Source of the DNA: Octopus sinensis
Lineage: Eukaryota
Assembly: GCF_006345805.1 (NCBI RefSeq)
Contig: NC_042997.1
Span: forward strand, 40,424,001-40,488,000
DNA: 64,000 bases
Direction: 5' to 3'
Shown here piece by piece: positions 14,501 to 29,202 of this stretch (positions are counted from its first letter, which is position 1; each line of letters begins with the position of its first letter). Position numbers and translations under genes: made by a program. The notes under the pieces are model-generated. The model did no database searches. It was not told the origin of the DNA and saw nothing but the letters and a program-made list of their open reading frames with translations.

Positions 14501-14931
14501 TGCTGAAAGGGTATTACCCTTCAACCCTTCAGCACCCTTCCAAATTTAACATGTATGTAATCTAAGTAGTAGATATATAAACAGGGAAGATTTAACTATT
14601 TTTCCGTAGATTGATTAAAAAAGAAAAAAAACGACGAACCGCCTTAATAGATTTTCAAACATTATTGCGTTCTCATCACAAGAAAGCAAGCGGTCAGTCT
14701 GTTTATATACTCAACGAAACAAGTAGCTACAGAAAATCTGGTCTACTAATTTGCATACCACGAGTACTTAATACTTTATCTAATATCAGCATCGAGTGAA
14801 CGGGAATCTCAGTCCACACAGTATCAAGGCATGATATAATATTCAAAATTCAAGTTACAGATTCCATATTCAATATAATTTTTAATATAGAACAGACTTG
14901 CAAGACTGCTTATTAAATTAAATTAAATATT

Positions 14932-15146
14932 CTTTTCTACTCTAGGCACAAGGCCTGAAATTTTGGGGAGGGGTCAGTCGATAAGATCAACCTCAGTACT
15001 CAACTGGTAATTAATTTATCGATCCCGAGATATGAAAGGCAAAGTCGACCTCGGTGAAATTTGAACTCAGAACGTAAAGACAGACGAAACAGTGCGAAGC
15101 AGTTCGCGCGGCGTACTAACGTCTCTACCAGCTCGCCGCTTTATAC
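14932..15146 (-). mobile_element. SINE family A
   Basis: Reverse-complement copy with a 13-bp TSD TAAATTAAATATT (14919-14931 and 15147-15159). Confidence 0.88.
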
Positions 15147-15892
15147 TAAATTAAATATTGCGAGTCGACTAATATCCATTCTTGTCAATACTACCATGAC
15201 CTCTATATGACAACTCTATAGTACTCTCTTTCTGCTCCTGAACTCCAGGCATTTTTCCTCCACTTTCGAGGCGGCAATTTACTCAGTCAGTCCATCCTAC
15301 GCATGTTACCTCTTCTCCAGCACTTATGGACCTGTAGCGAGTATTTTATGTCTTTTGACAAATTTTAAATCCTCCTGAAATGTTAGTCACTTCGTAGTCT
15401 GTTATTTCCTCGCTTTCTTTCAGCTGTTGGTGTGTGTACCTACCTATGCTCATTAGCATATGTACTTATGTATGTACATAGATATGTATCTATGTACGTA
15501 CGTATATACATATGTATATATGTAATCGTATGAGTGTACTCACACACATTTATACACATACGTACATACATACAAACCGACATTCATACAAGCATATATA
15601 CATCTATACATACAGGCAAACATGCACACACGCACAGAGACACACACACACACACACACACATACACACACACATACACACACACACACCACATCAAAAC
15701 GTTATACATTAGCATATCCCCAAAATTGCTTTATTATTATAAAATGGCTGAATAAAACTAAACTGGTGCGTTAAAAATATGTGCCTAAAAGCAAAATTAA
15801 AATATGGTTTCCTAAGGACGTAATGAATTAAAAACATATGGAAAACAAATATAGTAAAGTAGAGTGTTGATTTTTGTATATATGAAATACTA

Positions 15893-16306
15893 AAGGCGGC
15901 GAGCTGGCAGAAACGTTAGCACGCCGGGAGAAATGCTTACCGGTGTTTCGTCTCCCGTTACGTTCTGAGTTCAAATTCCGCCGAGGTCGACTTTGGCTTT
16001 TATCCTTTCGGAGTCGATTAAATAATTACCAGTTACGCACTGGGGTCGATATAATCGACTTAATCCGTTTATCTGTCCTTGTTTGTCCTCTCTGTGTTTA
16101 GCCCCTTGTGGGTAGTAAAGAAATAGGTATTTCGTCTGCCGTTACGTTCTGAGTTCAAATTCCGCTGAGGTCGACTTTGCCTTTCATACTTTCGGGGTCG
16201 ATTAAATAAGTACCAATTATGCACTGGGGTAAATGTAATCGACTTAAACATTTTGTCCTTGTTCGTCCCCTCTGCGTTTAGCTCCCTGCGGGCAATAAAG
16301 AAATAA
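15893..16306 (+). mobile_element. SINE family A, dimeric form
   Basis: Full unit followed by a headless second unit from 16126. TSD-like TATGAAATACTA / TATGAGATACTA flanks it. Confidence 0.88.
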
Positions 16307-16559
16307 ATTTATGAGATACTAGGAAAATAGCTGAATAATGTTCCAGCATTATGAATGTTTTTTAAGTAGATAATTGGTTCAAAATATTTATGTGCCAATT
16401 AAGACACGGAGCATATGACGATGATATTTCCTTTTTTTACTTAACATTTTTGTGAAGGGACTCCTTATTACACAGAAAAGAAACTAGTTAAGAAAGATAA
16501 ACCTGAATTGGAGGAATCGGACGTGGAACAGCGTTGGTAACAAGTAATTTACGGAAAAT

Positions 16560-16830
16560 ATAAGTGAATAAAGATAAATAAAAGTGTAAGGCTTGTTACG
16601 TCTAATGATAGCCACATAATGGGTATGCAAAAACAATACTGAAATGGATACCAACGGCGGAGAAATACAGAGAAGATTACGGATATCTCGTCAAGCATTA
16701 CAGGAGGATTTAGAGTCTATCAACAGAAAGTGAAAACGTGGAGATTACGCAAACGATCCAACACTCTGGAGATGTTCAAACATGGGCAAGATCGATAGAC
16801 TGTCTGTAAATGTAATTGTCACAAGAAGAG
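16560..16830 (+). mobile_element. RTE-like LINE C-terminal fragment
   Basis: Broken frames give WIP / QALQEDLES / ANDPTLWR, resembling the RTE terminal W.P...EDL...A.DR..WR motif. Confidence 0.4.
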
Positions 16831-17068
16831 GGAAACTAAAGTTTTGAGTTCAAGAGGAGAAGAAATAAAGCGGCATGCTGTTATACAGAAGCTATCGTAT
16901 ATAAAAGAGTGGATATTAGTTGATGCCTCAAGTTAAATTTGGCTTCTTTAAAAAAGCAGTCTGGAAAAGATAGTTCTCTGTTACATATTGGATTTGTAAC
17001 CCACTGCATGATAAACTCTAGTAGAAACTATTATTGTAAACTATTATTGATACACAAATATGATAAAA

Positions 17069-18331
17069 CTAGCTGTTGCACCCGGCGTTGCTCGTGTTTT
17101 CTGTGTTAAAGTTAAGCACACCTCTGACCTTGTATTGAAATTTTCTACGTTCCCCGAGCCAACTATTATCCATTAAGATGTTATATCTTGTTCGGCAGGG
17201 ATTTTACCCGGTTAACGCTTTCGACATACTCCTACATACTGGACCGTCTGAAATCGCAGTCAAACTTTTGGATATACAATGACCCGTTGAGTGATGTTTA
17301 TTTCTTCCTCTACCCTTAATACCACTCTTTGTACAAAATTGTTCAGCGTGTCCATTCTCAGCAAAATCAGAAGAAAATTGCTAAAGTTATGTCATAAAAT
17401 AGAATCTATGTGACCATTTACACGAAACTATCCCTATGACTTTTAAATCCCAATACATTATATGAATAATCGATGTTTCATATGTCAAAGTGCTTAATTT
17501 TATTCATAGGTCAATTTTCTTCAAAATCAGTTTAATTTTAATTCTACTACATGACTCCGACCATAAACTTTACCTAAATGTCAAATTTCATCAAACTTGG
17601 ATGACTACTGTAAAAGTTACAGCATAAAATGTTAATCCTATGGGTCATTAGAAAAAGCCTATTGATTTCTTAAAATCCCCCGCTCATGTGCAATTATCGA
17701 TTTTTTGTCAACTCTTCGTGTTGGTATCAACTAATGGACATGAACTGTAATCACGTGTAAAATTTCTACAAAATCGTTAAGAATGTCTCTAAGGAAATGC
17801 TCATTTGCATTTGTACCCTTTTCAAGCCCTTTTGAATTACACACCTTTACCGTCTCTCCCACCACAAAATTTACCTACATCTCAAATTTCATTAAAATCG
17901 GATAAAAAATATAAAAGTTACGGCAAAAAATAAAATCACTATAGGTACTTACATGCAAAAGCCTATTGATTTTATAAAACCACTGCTCAGGTGCAATTAT
18001 CGATTTTTTGTCGACGCATACACTGACATCAGCTCACTACCATGAGCCTCTCTCACTCATCGATTTTCATCAAAATCGGACAAAATATGGAAAAGCTGCA
18101 GGAAAAATAACATAGTTATGGGAATTTTCATTCAAACGCTCGATTGAGCTCACAAAAATCGATGCCCACTGAGCATTTTTGAGTTTTCGAAAAAGTCCGG
18201 CCTTATTTGAACTTCAGGACATCTAATCTACATATGTACCAAAAATCATTAAAATCGGTTGGATGGTGTGAGAGGAGTTAGAGTAAACCCAAACACACAG
18301 ACAGACATCATTACACATTTATGTATATAGA
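17069..18331 (-). mobile_element. Non-autonomous Helitron
   Basis: Minus strand starts A|TCTATATAC and ends CGAGCAACGCCGGG-N8-CTAG|T, giving the canonical TC/CTAG termini, a GC-rich subterminal motif and A|T insertion. It has internal ~300-bp-period repeats. Confidence 0.8.
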
Positions 18332-19422
18332 TATATGCTTTCAGGTATTATTTTAATCTTTATCTGACAATAACAGAAAGCTAACCGATCACATTATAGC
18401 AGCACAAAAGTTTTGGATGCGTGTTAAATGATCTAAATTAAATACTGGAAATTATAATACTGGAAATTATAATTATATTTTATGTCAAAAGCATGCGTAC
18501 TGCCATTCAGAAACCATTTGGGCTATCAAAGTACACTATATATCCGTATTTAGAATATCATACCCATTATGGCTTTTGATAGATTCAACAATTACTAATT
18601 GAGCTAAATATTCTAACCCACCAACCTTTATGTTTTCGATATTATCTACTAATTACCAAACACTGACGGAAGCGGAAACTGATACATTCTAAACAAAACC
18701 TTTTTAATTATATCATTGACCATATAACTGATAGTAGGTACTCGAATTGCGAAATTTAGAAGAGATATTTTCAACAACCCAAAATTAATAATAATTTTAG
18801 TGTTATGGCTACTGTTATCTTTATAATATGCATTATCGTAATGGTTTATATCTTATATCGACTTTTATTATTGATCATAGCGAGAAATATTAATTTTGAA
18901 GTGATTCTGCTGTATTCTCATCGATCAAATTATATTTCTTGCCTTATATTCAATATCTTTAGTGTCATTATTTCAGTTCATCGATCAATGGATCAACTGA
19001 TATTTCTATTCGTTCCCACGTCAGAGACCTAACTGTTTCATTAAACTTAACAGAACAGATATATCAATACAAGCACACAAACAATTATCAACGAAAGCTA
19101 CCTTTCTTGAGACATTTTTCAAAAAACTTATCTCACTATCTATTTGACGATCTCTCTGCCGATATGTGTGTGTGTGTGTGTGTGTGCATGTGTGTTTGTG
19201 TGTGTGTATGTGTGTGTGCGTGTGTGTGAGTATATATGTGCGTGTAGGCTAAGCAGGCGAGATACAGAGAACGAAAGAGAAAGAGAGATGTAAAGATTTA
19301 CATACATATAGTCGCATATTTTCATGCAGTTTTCTTTATTAGTTGCGATCATTGCATATACACAAACATACACACGTGCAGGTGCAGGCACACAGCCACA
19401 CAGACACACACACACATATATA

Positions 19423-19575
19423 ATTGTTAAACAGGACTGCAAACATTAAGGCAAGGCAAACATCTCAAGTCATGTAAATATTATTATAGGAAGAAATTCA
19501 AAATTTTACAGCTGTTTCTGGGATATGACTTGAGATGTTTGCCTTGCCTTAATCTTTGCTGTCCTGTTTAGCAAT
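19423..19575. repeat. Inverted repeat, 51-bp arms, 51-bp spacer
   Basis: 19423-19473 versus 19525-19575, 3 mismatches. Confidence 0.95.
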
Positions 19576-19719
19576 AATATATCCGCTGCATCGAAAATCT
19601 CCAATAGCTCCATAACTGCTGTCTCGGCTATAACCTTGGTGCCCCAGTAATCCGTTACAGCACTTACCTAATTTACCTAATCGTTTAGATCACCTGTGAA
19701 CTAAACCCCCATAATTTGT

Positions 19720-19925
<206 letters not shown>

Positions 19926-21199
19926 AATTAGATAGTACATTTTATTAGATACCAATTTCATACCATAGTACCATAGTTAAGTCTAGATTATTTTTGAATA
20001 TTTTTGATCATTATTTTGAAAATTAGGCACTAATTACATTTATTAATTTACTACTTCCACTGTAATCTCTGCTTATTTTTTATGAGAAGCCGATGACCAG
20101 GCCGAATTCATCTTATTTTAATTATACATTCCAAATGATGATAGTTAACAAGAAATTATTGCTCATTCATTTGAAATTGTTAAATGAACCAATTTTCTAA
20201 GCATCAATTTTGAATATTTTTACACTAATGTGTTTTTCTCTGACTTATAATTGATCAGAAACGTATTTGCTTTTAACTTTTGATACTATTTTTTCGTTCA
20301 TTTATTCATAACATGTTTTCAATAATATTTTCAATGGTAGAATGCTGTTTGACTTGAATTAACCTCCAACCAATTAAAAGAGTTTACAATGCGATTCATT
20401 TTGCTCCATTAAACTCGATAATGTCTATGAGATAGTTATACACATCACAAACTCAAATCATCCCGGTGGAATTGTGACCTTGTATCCAAGAAATAAATCA
20501 ATAATACTTCCAGATGGAGAGCAACCTGGACAAGATATAAGCTTCGTATGAATCGAGTGCTTAAGCTCTTTCCGTGTTCCTAGTTGAAGCAAATTTATCT
20601 TACTTTCATTTCTGATATACTTAAAACTGTCAACTAGTCTTAATACCTCTTCCTTATACGTGTGTGGTGTAATATTGTGTACGAAATTATTAATGACATG
20701 CTGTATCTTTTTGAGACTTTATCTGGTTTATCTCATTTGGACATAAAGTTATCTGTTTCCGTTATAAAATGAATATTTCTAATCGATTACTGTAATTGTG
20801 ATAATCAATTAAATAATTTGCCTTCTCTATATAATTCAGTTGATTCTATTAGGATAAATGTGAAACCTGACACTCTGAATTGAACAGACGTTAAGAAATC
20901 CTAATGATTTGAAACAATTGTTTATGAGTGATTGATTTAGCCTTGAGTTATATTAAACTATAGATATGCATTCTTTCAGCTTATTCTCCTGTTTCTATTG
21001 TATTTTACAATATCTTTCGTTCACAAGCAAATATGAGAAGGTAACATGTACTGCGCATACGTTAATTTGTTTCAGATGCCTATACAGTCACAAAGAGATT
21101 CAGACACTCTCTCGATCCTCCCACCCGCCAGTTAGCGAAACATCGAACATGTGATAGTTGAAGGGAGAGAAGGCTGCATCAACACTCTGCTGTTACTCA

Positions 21200-21332
21200 T
21201 TTCAACTGAGTAGGTCAGAGAAATGTGAACTAAAATAATTTAGTTAAGGATTCAAGGCCACGCCTGGTTCTAGAATCGAACCCGCGACTTTATAATCGAG
21301 AGTTCAATACACTATCATTGTCTTTAGGCCAT
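21200..21332 (-). mobile_element. Old tRNA-derived SINE head
   Basis: Minus strand ATGGCCTAAAG...CGCGGGTTCGATTCTAGAACC has recognisable A/B boxes. Confidence 0.5.
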
Positions 21333-24300
21333 AAACACATGCGGGAAATTTCAAAATTTCAAAACAAATTGCAGTTCTTTTTACTCTGCATTAGGATTGA
21401 GTATTAATTTCTTTCATATATACAAGGTTAGAGATTTGGAGATCCCGGTTAGGAAAGGAAATTCGATCCCAGTAATATTTAAAGTCAGAACGTTGAAGGA
21501 CAAAGCTAAATACTACTTGCTATGTAGTACTTCACCGTGCGACTTTTACCATTTAGCACCTTTATCAAGATTCAATATTACCATAGGCAGATAAGGCAAG
21601 AAAAAGTGAAGTTCCGAGCAAAATGGACTCCCGTGGTAGTTTATTACGACTGTCAACATGTTGAAATTCCGACATAACTTATGCTGTTTTTCATGCTATT
21701 AGGATCTTTAAACTGTATACTGGAGTCAATTCAAAACATCTTGTTCCCTCTACAGAAATTTGTTGATGAGCCAAAGTTAGAAATCAATATTAACGTAGGT
21801 AACTCAGATGCTGGAGATATTAATTATTTTGACTCTGATAAGTGCACTGAGTAGTAGAAACGATGAAGCGTCCTTTTGTTGGGAATTAATCATATGTTTA
21901 CATATAATACAAAATCATACAGGTTGACTTTGTTATCTCTCCATAATCAATCGAACATCGTTAGTGGTGTGCTAAACATTTGTGGCAATATAAGAAAAAT
22001 CAGAAAACATGAGACGATAAAAGAAATCATTGCTTTACTTTTAAAACATTTCCCATTTTTTAAAAATAGATTCGTCAACGATGCTGCGTTGCATGTGTCA
22101 TTGTCACCGTAGGCAATGACTTCACCAAAAACAGCTCTAACTCTTTGTTGGTGCTTTGTTTAACATAGGTTTAGCATCTTTCAAAGGCTTATTCTTTTAA
22201 CTAAAAATGACACATGCACGTAGTAATCTTTATTGTTATATATTACACCAGGTTTACCATTTAAGAAAACATTCTTTAAAGGAAATCTGAAATGTATAAC
22301 GGGGTAGGAAAGTGTGTTATCTTACCTCTCTTTATTCTGTGTATCTGTGAATTCACGAGAATTTTGGTCAGAATTAATAATTAAAATGACTAGAGTATAC
22401 TGATGCTTACGCAACAAAGCAAAATAACCGTCTCTACGCGCCTATTAAGTGTCTACTTATTTGCATATTATAATTTATGGGTGAAAATTATGTTTAAAGC
22501 ATAATGTTATTCTATAATTGTTTATTCTTATATGTAAATGTTACTAATTTTGTATAGCTTAATATCAGTAACAAAGAAATATCGATTTCTTTCTTTCGTA
22601 TTTAGTCAGAAAATACAACTTATCAACTATCTTTCTATGCATTAAATCTAAATACCAAATTGCTTTGATTCCTTTGAATCCACATTTTAAACCTGAAATT
22701 AGGATTAAAGCAAACTGTTAAGAGCAAAATTTACCAATATCATTAAAAAAATTCTATTTTGATTTAAGAAATAAATTTAAGATTAAATGCAATATAAGGA
22801 GATTTATGGTCTTTGAAGAGCATACATCATTCAATGGTTAAGATCAAAAGTGAATACTAGTTAGCATATTCAATGCAAAATTTTTATCCCATTCATTTTC
22901 TTTGATCGTGTAAAAGATAAATACCTTCTAGTATATTTAAGTTTGATTTTTTTTCTTGAAGAAGTATTAAATGTTTGTGAAATTGCTTAGACATTTAAAA
23001 CAGCATGGTAGACTTTAAGGAATTACTCCGTTAAATTAAGGAGTGAAACCGAAACGAATTCGTTTACTGTAAGTAGAATAGTTTGTGTCACAATCAATTT
23101 AGGAATCCATTAAGGATTAATGGATGTGTGAGAAAATTGAGCGTGAACTTGTAGTGTGAGTAGGTTGTTCTATTAATATTGATCGATTTGCTTACGTACA
23201 AAGCTTCACATTTATAAGACCACATGGAAATAAATTAACAATGATACCTTTCTGAATGTAATTTAACTGTGTAAGTAAAATAAATTTGTTCCCAGCGAGC
23301 ATAGGACCAAGCTTTACGAACTTCATCAGATTAAGTATCAATTATAATTAATCTTCGAATTCAAAGATATTCGTAGTCCTGATCAACCCTATCTGAGCTG
23401 GCTTGTAATCAAAGACGTTCCAGCCATGATCATCCATTATTCTGTCCCTCCTTTTTTGAGACGGTGGACTATACATTGATGGATAGTTGACTGGTATTTT
23501 TTGGCAGGTATAGTGATTGCATAGAAACGCCCTTCTTAGCTGTTATTCATAAGTAATATATCTTGGTATTCTGCCTCTGCAACAGAACCACAGGGATGTT
23601 ACATCAATCTATCTCCACAGTTACAATACCACCGAAGTCGACTTTTTATCTTCTGTGGTCGATAAAAATAATACCAGTGAAGTACTGAGAATCAGTGTGA
23701 TTGTCTAATGTATGGCTTTTCTGCTTACGTTAGAAATCAATTAATCTTTCTCAAATTACGCCAATGATAAATAATTCATCTCACACATACGTGCAATAAA
23801 CACATCAATTATTTGACATGTCCTGATCAGATGTATACATCAATAGGTGATCAATATTTCTGGTTTGCAAAACGGTGGGTTAATAGGCATTGTTATGTCT
23901 ACACATTTTCCAGAAGCATTAGTGGAATAATTGAAATATAAGAGTTACCACAAGAAATCAGAACGAAGTAGCTAAGCTTATCTTCTACTTTAGCGGTATT
24001 TGAAATGATGTAGGGTTACTTGTAACTAATTTATTGTACGAAGTGAATATTAATAGCATTTTCTTATTTGATTTGAAAGCTTTATCTTACATCGTATTTC
24101 TTTTGTTCACGCTTTCTTGTTATTTCTATAAGTCTTTGTTACGTAGTAGGTTTTTTTTTCTAATCAATTGTCTCTATAGGTTTACAGCTACCGAAAGAGA
24201 TATGCTTATAAGAACTACCTCGTAAATATTCTCTGTAAGTGCTTGTGAAATATAAGAAATTAATAAAATATATCAAATAGCTTTCTCGATAAATTTGTAA

Positions 24301-24359
24301 CAGTAATACTGTTTTTGAAGTTTAGTTATTACATTTAGCAGACACTACAACTCCAACTA

Positions 24360-24409
24360 CTAAACTACTAACTACTACTACTACTACTACTACTACTAAG
24401 TCCACCACC

Positions 24410-24441
<32 letters not shown>

Positions 24442-24456
24442 CAACAACAACACACC

Positions 24457-24503
<47 letters not shown>

Positions 24504-24517
24504 CACTACTACTACTA
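24360..24517. repeat. (CTA/CCA/CAA)n compound microsatellite
   Basis: Direct inspection. Confidence 0.95.
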
Positions 24518-25228
24518 TCAGAGTTCTTTTATAAGATGCGGCACTTTGTCACGTATAGGATAGAGTCTGAATAATCTTCGAATAAATGTGGTTATCCATG
24601 CAATTAGTATATACAAACTCCTTGTAGTAGGGAGTTTAAAATCTAAAATGAAGAAACAAGAGAGATAATTCGAATGAAAGCATTCATATAAAATATTGGA
24701 AAAATATAGAAAAAAAAGTAATACGGGAGGGGAACAGGTCGACCTAAGCTTAATAAATAAAACTGGTGACATGGATATTGTGTGGAAGCCCAGCAACTGG
24801 AATATACTTGTAATCCAAAGTGTTAGTTTTGCCACACACTGCGTCACGCTGCTTCTACTTGAAAACTGGTTGAAATGTGCATAAGTTGATTTGTGGTGAC
24901 AACTTCTGAGAAAGGATAGTAACGAAATGTTTATTAGTATATATGTCACCAAGCATTTTTAAACGTAAAAGTAAAACAAAAATGTTCATATTTATATTTG
25001 CTTCTGCTTTTGGCTTATTTCTTGCGGTTATGTCAATAATTTATTACATGTGACCGTTTATAGACTTGTATACATACAAACACGCGCACACGCATACAGA
25101 TGAATATAGATTTAAATATAGATACATAGTTATAAGCACGTGCTTGTGTATGTAGCATAATATATGCGTATGTGCATGTGTGTACACGCACACACACACG
25201 TACACACATACGTGCACACACACAAACA

Positions 25229-25280
<52 letters not shown>

Positions 25281-25422
25281 ATATTTATTAATATATGCAT
25301 ATATATATATATATATGCATATATGCATCTCTCTCTCTTTCTATATATATATATGTATATGTATTTAACCCTTCATATATACATATATACATATATATAT
25401 GTATTTAACCCTTTCAATATTT

Positions 25423-25539
<117 letters not shown>

Positions 25540-25550
25540 CTACACACATA

Positions 25551-26008
25551 AAGGGTGCGATGGGTACATTGACGTCATTTTATATTTTAATTTCGCTCAT
25601 TGTTTGTTTTTGATTTTGTCGGCTACACAGTATAGTAGGGTCAGTCGGGCACTGTCTGTGAGGAAAACAGCATCATGACTCAATTCACTCAGCCAGAAAT
25701 TCGAAAACGACATGCTGTACCGCTTGGCATTCCTGTCTGAAGCTCCAATACGAGCATTTCAGAGTGTTTGGGTGTGAATCTGAGGATAATGCAGAGGATT
25801 TGAAAAGAGTTGGATGAGTCTAATGATGATTACCAAGACACAGCAGCTCGGATAACTAATTCCGATCGTTCTGATAAAAAAACAAAAAAACTCATGAATT
25901 TGTTGGTGAGATCGAAGCCATGATTGACAACGATCCCTCCAAGTGAAGCAGGTTTATCGCCAGGGACATGAGAGTGTCTGAGTTTCTTATGAGGCAGGTA
26001 GTGAAAAT
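25551..26008 (+). mobile_element. Tc1/mariner transposon 5' remnant (end + transposase HTH region)
   Basis: TA|AAGGGTGCG terminus. An ATG at 25675 opens the interrupted peptide MTQFTQPEIRKRHAV...ISECLGVNLRIMQRI*KEL...EFVGEIEAMIDNDPSK*SRFIARDMRVSEFLMRQVV, typical of paired/HTH domains. Confidence 0.75.
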
Positions 26009-27472
26009 ATATATGAATAGATGAACTGTCTATGCATTATAATCTTTACAGCTGTTTCAATGTATCCTGAGTATAGTTGGTATTATAATGCATGTTATGC
26101 AATTCGATGTAAAGAATATAAAACGATATTATACAAAAGCACGTAAGAAACATAATATCAATGTACAGGAAATATAATGCATAGGTACCTTCATATATTT
26201 ATATTTATAGTAATCCCCTTCAGGTGGCAACTTCGAAGGAAGGGAAAATTTTCAAGAATATATGACATCGAGAAATTAGAAATTGGAAGAATGAAAAAAA
26301 GTGTAAAAGAAAGGTTATTGTAAAAGATGCTGGAGAAAGATAGAAAGGATACGAAATTGTGAGTTAATCGGATAAGAGAGGATATAAAGGATAAGAGAGG
26401 AAGAGAGAAGTCGATAACGAATTAGATAAAGAACGGACGAGCAAGGAAGGCATAAGAAATGAAATGGTATTGATAATGTGTAGTGATAGTGGAAAGAAAA
26501 CCCAGAAAAGAAAGAAGAAAAAAGATTAAATAAAGATGAAAGTCTCTGAGTCATCGTATGACACCTGACCTACAGCAAGGAAGGTTATGCAACGAAGTAA
26601 TGAGAGAGCTAAGGATAGGCAAGTGAGTGAGGCATATTATAATAAAGAAGAATATTCTAAACAAAAGGACCTCATTCTACGTTTAAAGAAAACGGAGACA
26701 CGTTAACGACATTGTCTGGGCTAGGTGTCTGGTGCTTATTAATAAAGATGCCCAGAAATGCAGCATATATGAGGAATGGAACTTAATAGAATCTATCAAC
26801 GTAAAGGGAGATTTATTATTAAAACAACCAGAAATAAAAGAGTTTTGAAGAATGGCAGTTCACATGAATAGATTGAAGCAAATTACAAAAAAGAAAGAAG
26901 AGAAAAAAAGAAAACAAAGCAAAAACGTACGCATGAAAGGTGTATGAGATTGCAAATGAGAATGTTGAGTCACAGAGTATACCAATCGTCACGTATACGA
27001 AAACGAAAGTGGAAGAGCTAAGAAATAACGTGGGAGCAATCAATATGTTCAAATTTCCATTCAATTATAGATAATTCATAATTCCTACTTATTTGTTATT
27101 AAATGCGAAAAGCAGGTACATGGAAAGAGCATTGAGTGAAAAGAAGCATCAGAAATTAAAAATAAAATTTAGACCAATATGAATCAATTTAAACAGATCG
27201 AAATGCGGTAAAAGGAAAAATGTCTTATAAAAATTTATGGCAGAATGAAGTTGCTACTTCATTTTATTCTATTTTATACAATGTTTTCTTTTATTCTCTT
27301 AATATTTTTGAGAATTCTCTACACCCTAAGTTATATGTTATTCGAACCCCCAAGTACACTTTTCCAGGCGGACTCTTAAACAATTGTTTTCACTTCCAAT
27401 GCCGCAAAATTAATGGAGACATGCACCACTTTGCTACGTTCAGTCTCACATATTTCACCTCACTTTCTCTCT

Positions 27473-27515
<43 letters not shown>

Positions 27516-28438
27516 CCTCTTTGTTTATCTATCACTATCAAAGTATCTCGACCACCTGTATCGCACTCTTAGAGCTAGATCTACCGGTTGTACAAAATAT
27601 TAATCTAGCATATATCTTTTAATCCTATTTTAGATCCCAAAAGTAATTGCTTACATGACCCTCGTCAATACATGTTCGTCCAGGTACTTACTAACTTAAT
27701 AACGTAAGCTTTTCTTTAACATCTCCACAGATGGCTAAATATCTGACAGGAAACTGCATCCAACTTTTTTTTATTTCTATTAACAATGGAAACCTATTAT
27801 TGCCAGCTTTTTGCATTATACAAACGAGTCGTTGAAAGATACGGATGGCTCAACATTATTTAATAGATTTTCGAATGCATTTATTCAACAAAGCAAGCGT
27901 ATGTGCGTATGTGAGCATATACATAGATACACGTACACTTACACACATGCGTGTGTGCGTGTGTGTGTGCACGCGTGAGTGTGTTCCGTTTTTAATTATT
28001 TAAAGTTTACTTGTAAGAAAGGAGTTGCTTTTCAACAAAAATGCAAACCTCCATCGTTTGAATGCAGATAATAAAACGAATGTCACGTTCAGAACATAAG
28101 AGAAGTCTTGCATATTTTTACTGTTCCGTTTATAGACTGTGCGTGATAACTAGTTGATTCCTTTTTTTTGAAAACTCTAGCTTTTCCAGATTAGTATTTA
28201 CTATCGTAATGCAGCCCTTTGTAAGCTTGGTTCAAATTGAAAGTGTGAAACTATTTTCACTTTCCAATGAAACCTGATCGTTGTAGAGCAGTGTCTTTCG
28301 AATAACTATAGCTGGTTGTTGAGATAACATAGAAAATATGTAAATGAAAATAAATTTTATTTGGTAGCCGAAAGGTTACTGAATCTTTTGATACTTCTTA
28401 CGTCAAAATCGGCATCTCAGTTTTAGAATGCATAAGGA

Positions 28439-28469
<31 letters not shown>

Positions 28470-28471
28470 CA

Positions 28472-28525
<54 letters not shown>

Positions 28526-28825
28526 TTAATATATATAGATAATTAGGGCACCCTGAATTTATCCCAGGACAGTTTTTTTTTCGGAATGCATTGTATATTG
28601 TTTTAGCAAGGACGTCATGTTGCATTGGGAGGTGGTGTATTTATTTGCATATATATAAATCTAATAGATTATGTATATACATCACACACACACACTCACA
28701 CACTCACACACTCATGCGAACACACATATATATGTATATATGTATGTATTATCTATGTATGCATGTATGTATGGGTGTGTTTGTGCTTGTGCTTGTGTAT
28801 AGGTGTGAGAGTTCTTGGAAGTGTG

Positions 28826-28975
28826 TGCGAAAATGTCAACATTCTAAGTTCAAATTCCGCCGAGATCGACTTTGCCTTTCATCTTTTCGAGGTCTATAAA
28901 ATAAGCACTGGGGACGATATAGTCGACTTTCCCCTCTCCCGAAATTGCTGGCCTTGTGCCAAAAGTTGAAACAAA
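28826..28975 (+). mobile_element. SINE family A, 5'-truncated
   Basis: AAGTTCAAATTCCGCCGAGATCGACTTTGCCTTTCATC...GGCCTTGTGCCAAAA. Confidence 0.75.
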
Positions 28976-29202
28976 TGATAAGGGAAATAAACCAAATGCT
29001 ACAAGTATTTTTTTTGTTTTTTGTTTCATGTTGTTCCTATTCAGAGATATATAATGTCTGAATTTGTCCTAAGGAAATGGTAGACCACTGCTTATCTTAC
29101 CATTTTATTATATTTCTTAGAGCTGATGTCTGACGCCAGCAAGCCAATCTTTGTATTCAATTCACATCTCATTTTTCTGTTAGTAATATAAATAAAGCAA
29201 TA

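Noticed and set aside
24518-24952. 144-aa hydrophobic ORF on the minus strand
   Set aside because: No recognisable domain. Its composition fits the antisense of A-rich DNA, where hydrophobic ORFs arise by chance.
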